DNA of 33,318 bases. Origin: Acidobacteriota bacterium (lineage in GTDB: Bacteria; Acidobacteriota; UBA6911; JACQSX01). Below the pieces are notes generated by a model. It ran no database searches. It was not told the DNA's origin and was given only the letters and a program-made list of their open reading frames with translations. The stretch spans positions 1-33,318 of the forward strand of contig DASXQR010000037.1 in NCBI GenBank assembly GCA_036507075.1, read 5' to 3'. Below, in pieces: positions 1-7,871 of the stretch (position 1 is its first letter; each line of letters begins with the position of its first letter). The translations under genes and the position numbers were made by a program.

Positions 1-12
1 AGAGCCGCAATT

Positions 13-74
13 CCCACGGCTGCGCTTCGCTGCGCCGTGGGCTACAGGCTGGCGCCCGCCAAAAGGCGGCGGGC
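13..74. repeat. REP-like tandem GC hairpins
   Basis: CCCACGGC (13-20) pairs with GCCGTGGG (34-41), followed by GCCCGCC...GGCGGGC (54-74). The layout resembles REP sequences, but no cognate RAYT gene is in the window. Confidence 0.5.
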
Positions 75-139
75 TGGTGATCCACGGCTATTTAACTAAT
101 CGCCTTCTCGCAATCCCAAGAACTAATTTGGACAGGCGT

Positions 140-352
140 GACGGTCACGTGCACGTCAATGTCCACGCCGCACGTCCAAATGCTACGGGACAGATTTAGA
201 GAGAAAAAATCGCAGTTTAGAACGCATCATGTCAATGTTGATCGTCAGCGTTAACGTAGTCGTTGACGTCTATCGTTGACGTGCACGTGCACGTCAACGG
301 CTTTTTTCTTTGGTTGCGGCCTACGGCCGGGCTGTGCCTTTTGTGGTGAAAA
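140..352. repeat. Hexamer-array palindromic element (NACGTN period 6) followed by a REP-like hairpin and a 9-mer arm
   Basis: Left array CACGTGCACGTCAATGTCCAC (~147-167) and right array GTTGACGTCTATCGTTGACGTGCACGTG (~262-289). 261-347 is nearly the reverse complement of 4641-4725. Confidence 0.85.
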
Positions 353-380
353 CTCATACGCGAATTTACGCAATCAGGTA

Positions 381-1310
381 CTAATAAGACAATTTCAATT
401 TCGCTGCTTCCAGAAATTCAATTACGGCTTTCTGATATTCCTGCTCGTGGTCGCGATAGGCGCGGCCATGGCGCCGGCCGTTCAAAATCAGCAGTCGTTT
501 TACCCGACCGGCAGATTCCCGGTAGAGCTGCCGCGCATAGTCTGCCGGCATGCGCCGATCCTCTGACTGCGCAACAAACAGAACGGGGCGAGCCCCCAGT
601 TTTCTGTTGGCTTCGACAATGTCGACGGCGTCCCCGTCGAAATCTCCTCTCCACTGGATCAGGGCAGCAATTTCATCGGCGATCGGCCAGGTCGGCAAGC
701 GAAAGAACAGTCGAAAATGATGATCGACAGTCTCGCGAAATGAAAGAAAAGTGCTGTCGCAGATAACCGCGTCTACGGTCGGATCTTCGGCCGCCGCGAG
801 CATTGCCGAAGCGGCTCCCATGGAAATTCCCCACAAAATAACTCTGCTGTGCGGTTCCTTTTTGCGAATCCACTGCACGGCGGCAGCGATGTCCGATTTT
901 TCAGCGGCTCCAAACGTGGACTTGTCGCCGGTGCTCTGCCCGTGATGCCGCAAATCGAACAACAAGCCGGAAGCTCCCAGTCCGTGCATGAATGCCGCTT
1001 GAGGAAGCATCTCCACGCGGCTGCGATTCAGGCCATGACAATAGACCACGGCCAGCTTCTTCCCTTTGCCCGGAAGGTACCAGCCACGCAGGATAATTCC
1101 CGGAGTGCTGCTGATAAAGACCGATTCATAGGCGACGCTGAAATCAGAAGGCGTTTTCCCCAGCAGCGGATCGGGAAACTGGAAGCGTCGATTGACAGCG
1201 ACCGAGGACAACAGCAGCGGTCCCACGACAAATAACAGCAGAACCACAATGCTGCCCAGGATTCCGACCGTCCATCCCAACACCCTTCGCCAGCGTTTTT
1301 TTCTTCCCAT
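381..1310 (-). CDS. Membrane-anchored alpha/beta hydrolase
   Basis: N-terminal TM after MGRKKRWRR, HG oxyanion motif (YCHGL), nucleophile elbow GISMG, C-terminal Asp and His (EDRRM, GRRHG). Start placed at ATG 1310 because the upstream ORF extension reads through repeats. Confidence 0.85.
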   Translation of the reverse strand: MGRKKRWRRVLGWTVGILGSIVVLLLFVVGPLLLSSVAVNRRFQFPDPLLGKTPSDFSVAYESVFISSTPGIILRGWYLPGKGKKLAVVYCHGLNRSRVEMLPQAAFMHGLGASGLLFDLRHHGQSTGDKSTFGAAEKSDIAAAVQWIRKKEPHSRVILWGISMGAASAMLAAAEDPTVDAVICDSTFLSFRETVDHHFRLFFRLPTWPIADEIAALIQWRGDFDGDAVDIVEANRKLGARPVLFVAQSEDRRMPADYARQLYRESAGRVKRLLILNGRRHGRAYRDHEQEYQKAVIEFLEAAKLKLSY

Positions 1311-1359
1311 TTGAAGTATTTGCCGAACGCCGCAAGATTCAAATCTGGAGATCTGTTTG

Positions 1360-1506
1360 GCCACGAAATTCGCCACGAAGGCACAAAGACACGAAGGATC
1401 CAGCCGTCCATTTAGAAGTGTCACTTCTCGCCGACCTGGATCGAGTTATGAGAAGTGTCACCTCGAAATAAACACCCGACTCTTCGTGGCTTCGCGGCTT
1501 CGTGGC
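1360..1506. repeat. 9-mer-array palindromic element (CCACGAAG / CTTCGTGG) with two internal 13-bp palindromes
   Basis: Left arm GCCACGAAGGCACAAAGACACGAAG, right arm CTTCGTGGCTTCGCGGCTTCGTGGC. Internal GAAGTGTCACTTC (1415) and GAAGTGTCACCTC (1452). Confidence 0.85.
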
Positions 1507-1586
1507 TACCTGATTTGCCGTCAACATCCCGTAAAGTGTTCGCGTTCTTAGCGCTTTCGCGGTGAAAGTTGCACCACCGAAGTTCA

Positions 1587-1616
1587 TTGACGCCTTGCAA
1601 AAGCGGTGCATATAAT
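1587..1616 (+). promoter_or_regulatory. Sigma70-type promoter
   Basis: TTGACG-N18-TATAAT upstream of RBS AAGGAG and ATG 1655. Confidence 0.6.
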
Positions 1617-1654
1617 GCCGCACATTCCGCAATATATAACTAAGGAGCATTAAG

Positions 1655-2473
1655 ATGAAATCCCGGCTCTTGTTGTCTATGGCGATGACTTTCCTGCTTC
1701 TTTCGGCTTTCATCGGCTGCTCTAAACAAGAGAAGACCGGAGAAACTGCTGCGGAAAAGAAAGCGGAAGTCGTCCCCGGTGAAATGGTCCGGATTCCGGC
1801 CGGGGAGTTTATCATGGGCAGCGATGTTGCCCCCAACGGTGAGAAGAAGGCGGGCACCTACTCGCCGGCTCATAAGGTAAACCTGCCGGAATATTGGATC
1901 GACAAGTACGAAGTCACCAACGGCGAATACCTTAAATTTGTCACAGAGGGATCCTACAAACCTGAGGGTGACTGGCGAACCCACTACCTGATGGGCAAGG
2001 AGAACCTTCCGGTCGCGCAGTTGACGCTGAATGACGCCAAGGAATATTGCAAGTGGGCCGGCAAGCGCCTGCCGACAGAAGAGGAGTGGGAAACGGCGGC
2101 ACGCGGCGAGAAAGGACTGGATTACCCATGGGGCAACAAATGGGAACCGGAGCGGGCGAACACCTACGAAATGGGTCATCGGGAAAGGGTGGATGTCGGC
2201 TCGATGGCCGGGGACGTCAGCCCTTATGGCGCGCATGACATGATGGGAAACGTTGTTGAATGGACAACATCCGAATACAAGGCCTATCCCGGAGGACCCA
2301 AGAACCCCGATTACTCAAAGGGTTATTTTGTGGTTCGCGGCGGTTCGTGGGCCGTCTACGGCAATGATAAGAAGGAGCCTTACAAGATCTGGTTGCGCGG
2401 CGCCTATTTGCCAAAATCCCAGTATGGTATCGGCTGCCGCTGCGCGGGTGAGCAGGAAGTGAAGCCGAAATAG
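1655..2473 (+). CDS. FGE-sulfatase (SUMF1-like) domain lipoprotein
   Basis: Lipobox AFIGC. Motifs IPAGEFIMGS, IDKYEVTN, KRLPTEEEWE, DMMGNVVEW, RGGSW, GCRC. It lacks the catalytic Cys pair of true FGE. Confidence 0.9.
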   Translation: MKSRLLLSMAMTFLLLSAFIGCSKQEKTGETAAEKKAEVVPGEMVRIPAGEFIMGSDVAPNGEKKAGTYSPAHKVNLPEYWIDKYEVTNGEYLKFVTEGSYKPEGDWRTHYLMGKENLPVAQLTLNDAKEYCKWAGKRLPTEEEWETAARGEKGLDYPWGNKWEPERANTYEMGHRERVDVGSMAGDVSPYGAHDMMGNVVEWTTSEYKAYPGGPKNPDYSKGYFVVRGGSWAVYGNDKKEPYKIWLRGAYLPKSQYGIGCRCAGEQEVKPK

Positions 2474-2488
2474 GCGGGAGCCAGGATT

Positions 2489-2680
2489 AGTTCACAAAAA
2501 ACTTAACCGCCAAGAACGCCAAGAGAGCGCAAAGGACGGGGGCTGAAACTTGAAGTATGAAGGCACTACGCCTACGTCTGACGCGGTTTTACAGCACTTC
2601 ATACTTCAAGTTTCAGCCCCCATCCTTTGCGTTTTTCTTAGCGTTCTTGGCGTTCTTGGCGGTTAAGTTTTTTGTGAACT
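2489..2680. repeat. Long nested inverted repeat between convergent genes (outer 9-mer CGCCAAGAA, inner 7-mer TGAAGTA); possible bidirectional terminator
   Basis: 2489-2562 pairs with 2597-2680. The right arm has one extra 9-mer unit. Confidence 0.9.
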
Positions 2681-2705
2681 CGTAAACCCGCTAACCCGAA
2701 ACCCG

Positions 2706-4043
2706 CTAACCCCAATTTTGGCGCACATAGCTGAGCGCCTGTTCACGATCCTGAAGATCTCCTTCAAGTTGGCGGTCTTCCACATCGCTCAGGATTTCCC
2801 GAAATAGGGGGCCCGGTTTGAAGCCGAGCTCGATCAGGTCGTGGCCGTTGATCAACGGCGGCGGGTTGATTTTCTCCTTTCCAAACTCTTCGAGCTTCTC
2901 CCGGCAGAAGTAATAATTGTCCAACATCCCGTGGCTTGCGCTGCAGTCGAGTCTGTGAAGCTCCAGGTGTTCGTCAAAGTTCGGCTTGCGCAGAAACCTC
3001 TTCAGTTTCGCCTCGCGCATTTCCTGCACGTGCATGAAACGCATGTGGTTCTCGATCAGATCCACCACGCTGTCAATCAAATGATTTTCCATCCGCAGCC
3101 GTTTGCCGATCTCGCGGGCTATTGCGACTCCAACTTCCACATGCCCGTCGAACCGAATGCGATCCCGGACCTGAAAAGTCGCCGGTTTGCCCACATCGTG
3201 CAGCAGAATGGCCCATGCAAGCGGAGCCGAAAGAGGCCCCTGCGCCTTTTCGTACATCAACCGCGTGTGCGTAAAAACGTCGCCTTCAGGATGATACTCA
3301 GGCGGCTGCTCGATGCCGATCATGGCATGCACTTCCGGCAGTAAGACCTTCAGAAGCCCGGAGTCGCGAAGTAAATCCAGGCCCCTGGCGGCGTGGCCGC
3401 TGGTCAGGATTTTCTCCAGTTCCACGCGGATCCGCTCTCGACTGACGCCCGCGATGTCACCGGAACTGGCGATCACCGCCTTCCACGTTTCGGATTCCAC
3501 CTGAAATTCGAGCTGCGCGGCAAAACGAACGGCGCGCAGGATGCGCAAACGATCCTCACGAAACCTTTCAAACGGATTTCCTACCGTGCGCAACACCCGT
3601 GCCTGAAGATCCGACTGCCCACCGACGTAATCGAGCAACTTTCCCGTAAACGGATCCAGGAACATCGCATTGATCGTGAAATCGCGGCGCCGGGCGTCTT
3701 TGACCTCATCCGAGAAGCGGATAGAACTGGGATGGCGGCCGTCGAGATACTCGGAATCCTCACGAAACGTGGCTACTTCAACGTTCTTACCGTCACTGGG
3801 GATCATTACCACGCCGAACTGAGCGCCCACGGTGACGGCGTTGGAAAACAACGAGAGGATCTGGTCTGGTTTGGCGTCGGTTGCCAGATCGACATCCGAT
3901 TCAGGCCGCATTCGGCCCAGCAGGTAATCGCGCACGCTGCCGCCGCAAATCAGAATGCGATGGCCCGCATCCCGAAGCGCGGCCGCGATGCGCGCGGCCT
4001 GCGGGGCGCTGGAAGAAGGGAGTTGCTCCAGAAAAGACGGCAT
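2706..4043 (-). CDS. cca: CCA tRNA nucleotidyltransferase (class II, with HD domain)
   Basis: GGSVRDYLLG..DVDLAT, DARRRDFTINAM, EDRLRILRAVRF template motif, loop EDSEYLDGRHP, HD domain (HT...LLHDVGK). Confidence 0.85.
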   Translation of the reverse strand: MPSFLEQLPSSSAPQAARIAAALRDAGHRILICGGSVRDYLLGRMRPESDVDLATDAKPDQILSLFSNAVTVGAQFGVVMIPSDGKNVEVATFREDSEYLDGRHPSSIRFSDEVKDARRRDFTINAMFLDPFTGKLLDYVGGQSDLQARVLRTVGNPFERFREDRLRILRAVRFAAQLEFQVESETWKAVIASSGDIAGVSRERIRVELEKILTSGHAARGLDLLRDSGLLKVLLPEVHAMIGIEQPPEYHPEGDVFTHTRLMYEKAQGPLSAPLAWAILLHDVGKPATFQVRDRIRFDGHVEVGVAIAREIGKRLRMENHLIDSVVDLIENHMRFMHVQEMREAKLKRFLRKPNFDEHLELHRLDCSASHGMLDNYYFCREKLEEFGKEKINPPPLINGHDLIELGFKPGPLFREILSDVEDRQLEGDLQDREQALSYVRQNWG

Positions 4044-4081
4044 GGTCTGTAATTTTTCGACTGAAGAAAACAAAAACCGCT

Positions 4082-4575
4082 CACGTGCACGACCACGTCA
4101 ACGTCCACCGAATACGCCCACGCGTCACGTTGGTCGTATTCAGAATTTCATCATTTTAGACAACATCGACACGATTCGAACAAGAAGTTCGCTGCCGTGC
4201 CTTAACTTGTCCGACTGCGCCAGGTTCAACACTGCACAGGCATCCAGCACCGCGCCGCACTCCATGGCTGAGCCCCTGGCAATGCCGAAATAGCGCGACC
4301 GGTCTGCCTCGCTCGGCTTTCCCACTCCTTCAGCAATGTTCTGCAAAATCGATAGAGCTGCTCGTTTTAGCTCATCCGTAAGGAAGGAGTAGCCTCGAGA
4401 AATTCTCTGCACGATGATAGCGACCAGCGCAAGAAACTCAATGGCACATTTGTAGACATCCAGTTTTTGATAGCTGAGCATTTTCGCCTCCTGGTGCACA
4501 TAACTGTCCAAGGGGCAGTTCTGCGAAAGTTTTTTTGTCGACGTAATCGTGAACTTTGACGTGGTCGTGCGCGTG
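4082..4575. mobile_element. Putative element: four-helix-bundle gene bounded by hexamer-array inverted repeats
   Basis: 4082-4108 CACGTGCACGACCACGTCAACGTCCAC matches the reverse complement of 4549-4575 at 24/27 nt. Mobility is inferred. Confidence 0.55.
4140..4481 (-). CDS. Four helix bundle protein (23S rRNA intervening-sequence protein family, Avd-like fold)
   Basis: MLSYQKLDVY..L.DELKRAALSILQNIAEG..RYFGIARGSAMEC..LLVRIVSML. RBS GGAGG before ATG 4481. Confidence 0.92.
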   Translation of the reverse strand: MLSYQKLDVYKCAIEFLALVAIIVQRISRGYSFLTDELKRAALSILQNIAEGVGKPSEADRSRYFGIARGSAMECGAVLDACAVLNLAQSDKLRHGSELLVRIVSMLSKMMKF

Positions 4576-4582
4576 GACATGG

Positions 4583-4792
4583 ACGGCTTTTTCTTTGGTT
4601 GCTGCTATTTACCTTGTGCCTGTGTGGCGAGTATGTTCTTACCACAGAGGCCCGGCCCGGCCATAGGCCGCAACCAAAGAAAAAACCGAGGACGGCCACG
4701 TGCACGTCAACGATAGACGTCAACGTAGACGTCAACGACCACGGCCACGTGCACGTGGTCGTAGCCGATAAACGTCGACGTTGACGTAATCG
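4583..4792. repeat. Back-to-back composite repeat plus an empty hexamer palindrome
   Basis: TTTCTTTGGTTGC..CTTGTGCCTGTGTGG (4589-4627) faces ACCACAGAGGC..GCAACCAAAGAAA (4641-4683). CACGTG/GTCAAC arrays at 4696-4790. Confidence 0.85.
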
Positions 4793-4883
4793 GCTGTTTT
4801 CTGAAATCTTGTTGAAAAAACAAGAAGTTGCCAACTTGTTACATTGAGGGCACGGAGATCTTTCAAGTCAAACAAAAAAATTT

Positions 4884-4910
4884 GGAACTATTGCACCCCG
4901 AAACGTGAAT
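4884..4910 (+). promoter_or_regulatory. Possible autoregulatory ECF promoter (GGAAC...CGTGAA)
   Basis: A GGAAC -35-like element and a CGT-containing -10-like element upstream of the ECF sigma gene. The spacing is atypical. Confidence 0.35.
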
Positions 4911-4945
4911 TAACTATAACCGCGCGACGAGAGCACAAGGTCGGG

Positions 4946-5563
4946 ATGGATTTTCAAGAGCAGCGCAGCGACGAAGATTTAATGCGGGAGATAGAGGCCG
5001 GCAGCGAACAGGCTTTTGTCCAGCTCTACAGGCGCCGCCAGCCGGGAATTTACCAGTTCGCCCTCAGGATGAGCGCTTCCACGCTGATTGCAGAAGATAT
5101 CGTGCAGGAAGTTTTTATGACGCTGGTTCGAGAACCGCTACGTTATGACCGCGAAAGGGGCCCGGTTGTCGCCTACCTTTATGGCATCGCCCGCAATCAA
5201 ATACTGCGGAGCCTCAATCGAAACCGCAACAAAGTTTCGGTGGTGGAAGGCGACGCAGCGCAGTCGTGTTCCGAATCTCTGGTTTCGACCGACGACCCCC
5301 TCGGCGATTTAACACGCAGCGAAACGATCGACGCGGTGCGGCGAGCGGTGATGGCCTTACCCCAGCACTATCGGGAGGTCGTTGTGCTTTGCGATCTGAA
5401 CTCATTGAGCTATGCCGAGGCGGCCACAGTTCTGGAATGTGCCATCGGGACGGTACGCTCGCGGCTGCATCGCGCGCACGCGCAACTCTCGCAGAAATTG
5501 CGCGGGGCTGGCAAAACAGCTTCTCTTTCGGAGAAATTGGCTACGGTGAGGTGTTCGGTATGA
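4946..5563 (+). CDS. ECF RNA polymerase sigma factor
   Basis: Region 2 AEDIVQEVFM..YLYGIARN and region 4 LPQHYREVVVLCDL..SYAEAA..GTVRSRLHRA. Confidence 0.93.
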   Translation: MDFQEQRSDEDLMREIEAGSEQAFVQLYRRRQPGIYQFALRMSASTLIAEDIVQEVFMTLVREPLRYDRERGPVVAYLYGIARNQILRSLNRNRNKVSVVEGDAAQSCSESLVSTDDPLGDLTRSETIDAVRRAVMALPQHYREVVVLCDLNSLSYAEAATVLECAIGTVRSRLHRAHAQLSQKLRGAGKTASLSEKLATVRCSV

Positions 5564-6435
5564 ATTGCCGAGAAATTGATTTCATTCTTCCCGAACTGGC
5601 ACGTGGCAGTGCTTCACAAGGAATTGATCCATCAGCCGCGCTGCAGCACCTCGAAAAGTGCGGACGTTGTCGGTCTCTGCTGGAACAGGAGCGGTCCCTG
5701 GTGGAAAAGCTGAATTTCCTGGCCGCTGCAACAACACTTGCCGCCTCTGTTGAAGTCGAGGAGCGTCTACGGGCTGCTTTCAGGCGATCAGCAACGCCCG
5801 CACCGGGTGTCACGCCAGCGCTGATTAGAACTGCTTCGGTTTGGCGGCTGCGCGCATGGGCAGTGGGCGGCAGCGTCGCTGCAGCCTTGCTGTTGGTATT
5901 GCTGCTGCCGAAATTCGGTTCCGGAGCTTTCCTCGGACACCGCAAAAATTTGCCGCCGCGCGGGAATGATTCTCGGGTAGACCAGCCGGCTTCCGGCAAG
6001 GATGCGACTCAGGCGGCAGGCAGGCTCGGGTTGCAGCCATCCCGGGATGCAACGCGCCGTGGCGCCATCCTTGAAGGGCACAGAACCGCTGCCAGTTTCC
6101 GGCGCATCTCGCACGGTCACGGACCGCGGCGGGCATCAGCGATGAGCGACCAGGTGACTCAGGCGGGCGCAGTGGCTTTGGGGCCCGGTGAAGATTCGGC
6201 CGCTCAGGCTCAGGAACAGGAAATCACTTCGGACTTCTTCTCGCTGAACTACGACGCCGGTTCGAACGCAGTCGACGCGGGACAGTTAATCCGGGTGAAA
6301 ATGCCGCGTTCTTCACTGCTCTCTTTTGGACTTCCGATGAATGTGGAACGTGCCAGCGAACCGATTCAGGCCGATGTTCTGGTGGGTCAGGACGGCCGGG
6401 CTCGGGCCATTCGTTTCGTCAATTTCAGGCGTTAA
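5560..6435 (+). CDS. Zinc-finger (ZAS-type) transmembrane anti-sigma factor
   Basis: MNC..HLEKCGRC motif, single TM (AVGGSVAAALLLVLLL), ATGA overlap with the sigma stop codon. Confidence 0.85.
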   Translation: MNCREIDFILPELARGSASQGIDPSAALQHLEKCGRCRSLLEQERSLVEKLNFLAAATTLAASVEVEERLRAAFRRSATPAPGVTPALIRTASVWRLRAWAVGGSVAAALLLVLLLPKFGSGAFLGHRKNLPPRGNDSRVDQPASGKDATQAAGRLGLQPSRDATRRGAILEGHRTAASFRRISHGHGPRRASAMSDQVTQAGAVALGPGEDSAAQAQEQEITSDFFSLNYDAGSNAVDAGQLIRVKMPRSSLLSFGLPMNVERASEPIQADVLVGQDGRARAIRFVNFRR

Positions 6436-6463
6436 GCAAAATAACTGCCAGCAGGAGAAATCT

Positions 6464-7549
6464 ATGAAAGCTAAAACCGCAACAGCAACAGTGGTACTTC
6501 TCTTTGTGTTCTGCGCGGCACTGGGCGCACAGGAAGAAAAGAAGATTGAAAGGAATGTCGTTGTGCAGCGAGGCGTCATGGGGGGAGCTGGAATGGCATC
6601 GACTATTCCCATTGAGGGGCCGTTCGGCGGTGCGGCTATGGGCGACCGGATGATGTTTGTCTCCTCGGAAATGGCGTTTGAAAACAAGCTGGTCAAAGGC
6701 GTTCCTTACCAGGCGCAGGCCACAAGCGAGCACGTTCAGGTCCTGGCCGACGGGAATCGCATTTCAAGGAAGGATTCAGCCTCGGTTTATCGAGACAGCG
6801 AGGGACGTACCCGCCGCGAGCAGAATATTTCAGCCATCGGCCCATGGGCGCCGGCCGGAGAACATCTCCGCATGGTTTTCATCATTGATCCGGTGGCGGA
6901 CGTGAGCTATATCCTCGATCCCGACAGGCGCACGGCACGCAAGGTCTTTGCCGGAGTGATGCTTGCCAGAGATAAAATGCTGGAAGCCAAGCTCGACCAA
7001 CTGAAGGCGCAGCATGCGGGCGAGGAGATACATGTTGAGCTGAAAGGCGGTGGGGATCCTAAAGAACTGGAAGCCAAAATCGAAGAACACCGGAAGCAGC
7101 ATCCCGGCGAGCGTCTGCGGGTTGAAATAAGAGACGGGGTGGAATCCGTCGAAGTGTTGAAGCCGGAAGCGGCCCATACCGGGCGGGCCGAAGTTAAGTT
7201 TAATCGAGCTGTGCCGGCCCCGAACGTTCGCACCGAACAGTTGGGAAGGCAGATTTTCGAAGGTGTTGACGCCGAGGGCACGCGCACGGTGTTAACCATT
7301 CCTGTCGGAGAAATTGGAAATGAGCGTCCAATCGACGTGGTGACGGAACGGTGGTATTCGCCGGATCTGCAGGTAGTGGTGATGAGCCGCCACTCGGACC
7401 CCCGCCTGGGAGAGGATGTTTATCGGCTCACGAATATCCAGCGCGTGGAACCGCCGGCCGCTCTCTTTCAAGTGCCCCCGGACTACACAATCAAAGAAGG
7501 AAAGGAAAATTTTGAAGTTTTTAAATACAAAGGGGAGTTGAAAAAATAG
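6464..7549 (+). CDS. Secreted hypothetical protein in the ECF operon
   Basis: Signal peptide and RBS AGGAG. Conserved-looking motifs LADGNRI, YRDSEGRTRRE, ERWYSPDLQ, DPRLGE, EPPAALFQVPPDY. Confidence 0.8.
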   Translation: MKAKTATATVVLLFVFCAALGAQEEKKIERNVVVQRGVMGGAGMASTIPIEGPFGGAAMGDRMMFVSSEMAFENKLVKGVPYQAQATSEHVQVLADGNRISRKDSASVYRDSEGRTRREQNISAIGPWAPAGEHLRMVFIIDPVADVSYILDPDRRTARKVFAGVMLARDKMLEAKLDQLKAQHAGEEIHVELKGGGDPKELEAKIEEHRKQHPGERLRVEIRDGVESVEVLKPEAAHTGRAEVKFNRAVPAPNVRTEQLGRQIFEGVDAEGTRTVLTIPVGEIGNERPIDVVTERWYSPDLQVVVMSRHSDPRLGEDVYRLTNIQRVEPPAALFQVPPDYTIKEGKENFEVFKYKGELKK

Positions 7550-7624
7550 TCGGCGACGCCCCCGGGCTTATCCCGATGGTGAACGCGATTCTTCACTAGT
7601 GCTTAGTTTCAAAAATTCGAGTCA

Positions 7625-7789
7625 GAACTTTTCACCACAAAGGCACAAAGAGCGCAAAGCAAGACGTGGGGCAGGCAGAGGCCGGTCAGCTTTCCAAATG
7701 TAAACACGACAGGGGCTTTCGAAGCTGACCGGTCTCTGCCTGCCCCACGTCTTCCCTTCGTGTCCTTTGTGTCTTTGTGGTGAAAGTTC
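7625..7789. repeat. Nested palindrome: outer 9-mer arms (CACCACAAAGGCACAAAG), inner 32-bp REP-like inverted repeat
   Basis: 7661-7692 matches the reverse complement of 7722-7753 at 31/32. Outer GAACTTTTCACCACAAAG pairs with CTTTGTGGTGAAAGTTC. Confidence 0.9.
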
Positions 7790-7871
7790 CATACGGGAAC
7801 AAATTGTTCAACTTCCTCCCATCCTTTCTCCCATTCTTCCAGTCTAAATCGCTGATTGCACAGATAAGGAG

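Noticed and set aside
1357..1551. Short ORF with PGSSYEKCHLEI resembling the GxxExxY motif PGLLESVYEACLAHEV
   Set aside because: The alignment needs two gaps, and EKC arises from the GAGAAGTGT DNA motif also seen at 25697. It is more simply explained by the internal palindrome, though a remnant is not fully excluded.
1655..2473. True formylglycine-generating enzyme
   Set aside because: The catalytic Cys pair after RGGS is missing and no sulfatase is adjacent.
2706..4043. Poly(A) polymerase PcnB
   Set aside because: It lacks the PcnB signature and has the HD domain and loop typical of CCA/A-adding enzymes.
4140..4481. Diversity-generating retroelement because of the Avd-like gene
   Set aside because: No reverse transcriptase and no TR/VR pair seen in the window.
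4367..4834. Small ORFs with HVHVDV/TSTST or TKAQR-type low complexity (also 276-566, 4599-4784, 30862-31320, 19801-20022)
   Set aside because: They are translations of the 6- and 9-mer repeat arrays with no RBS or family signal.
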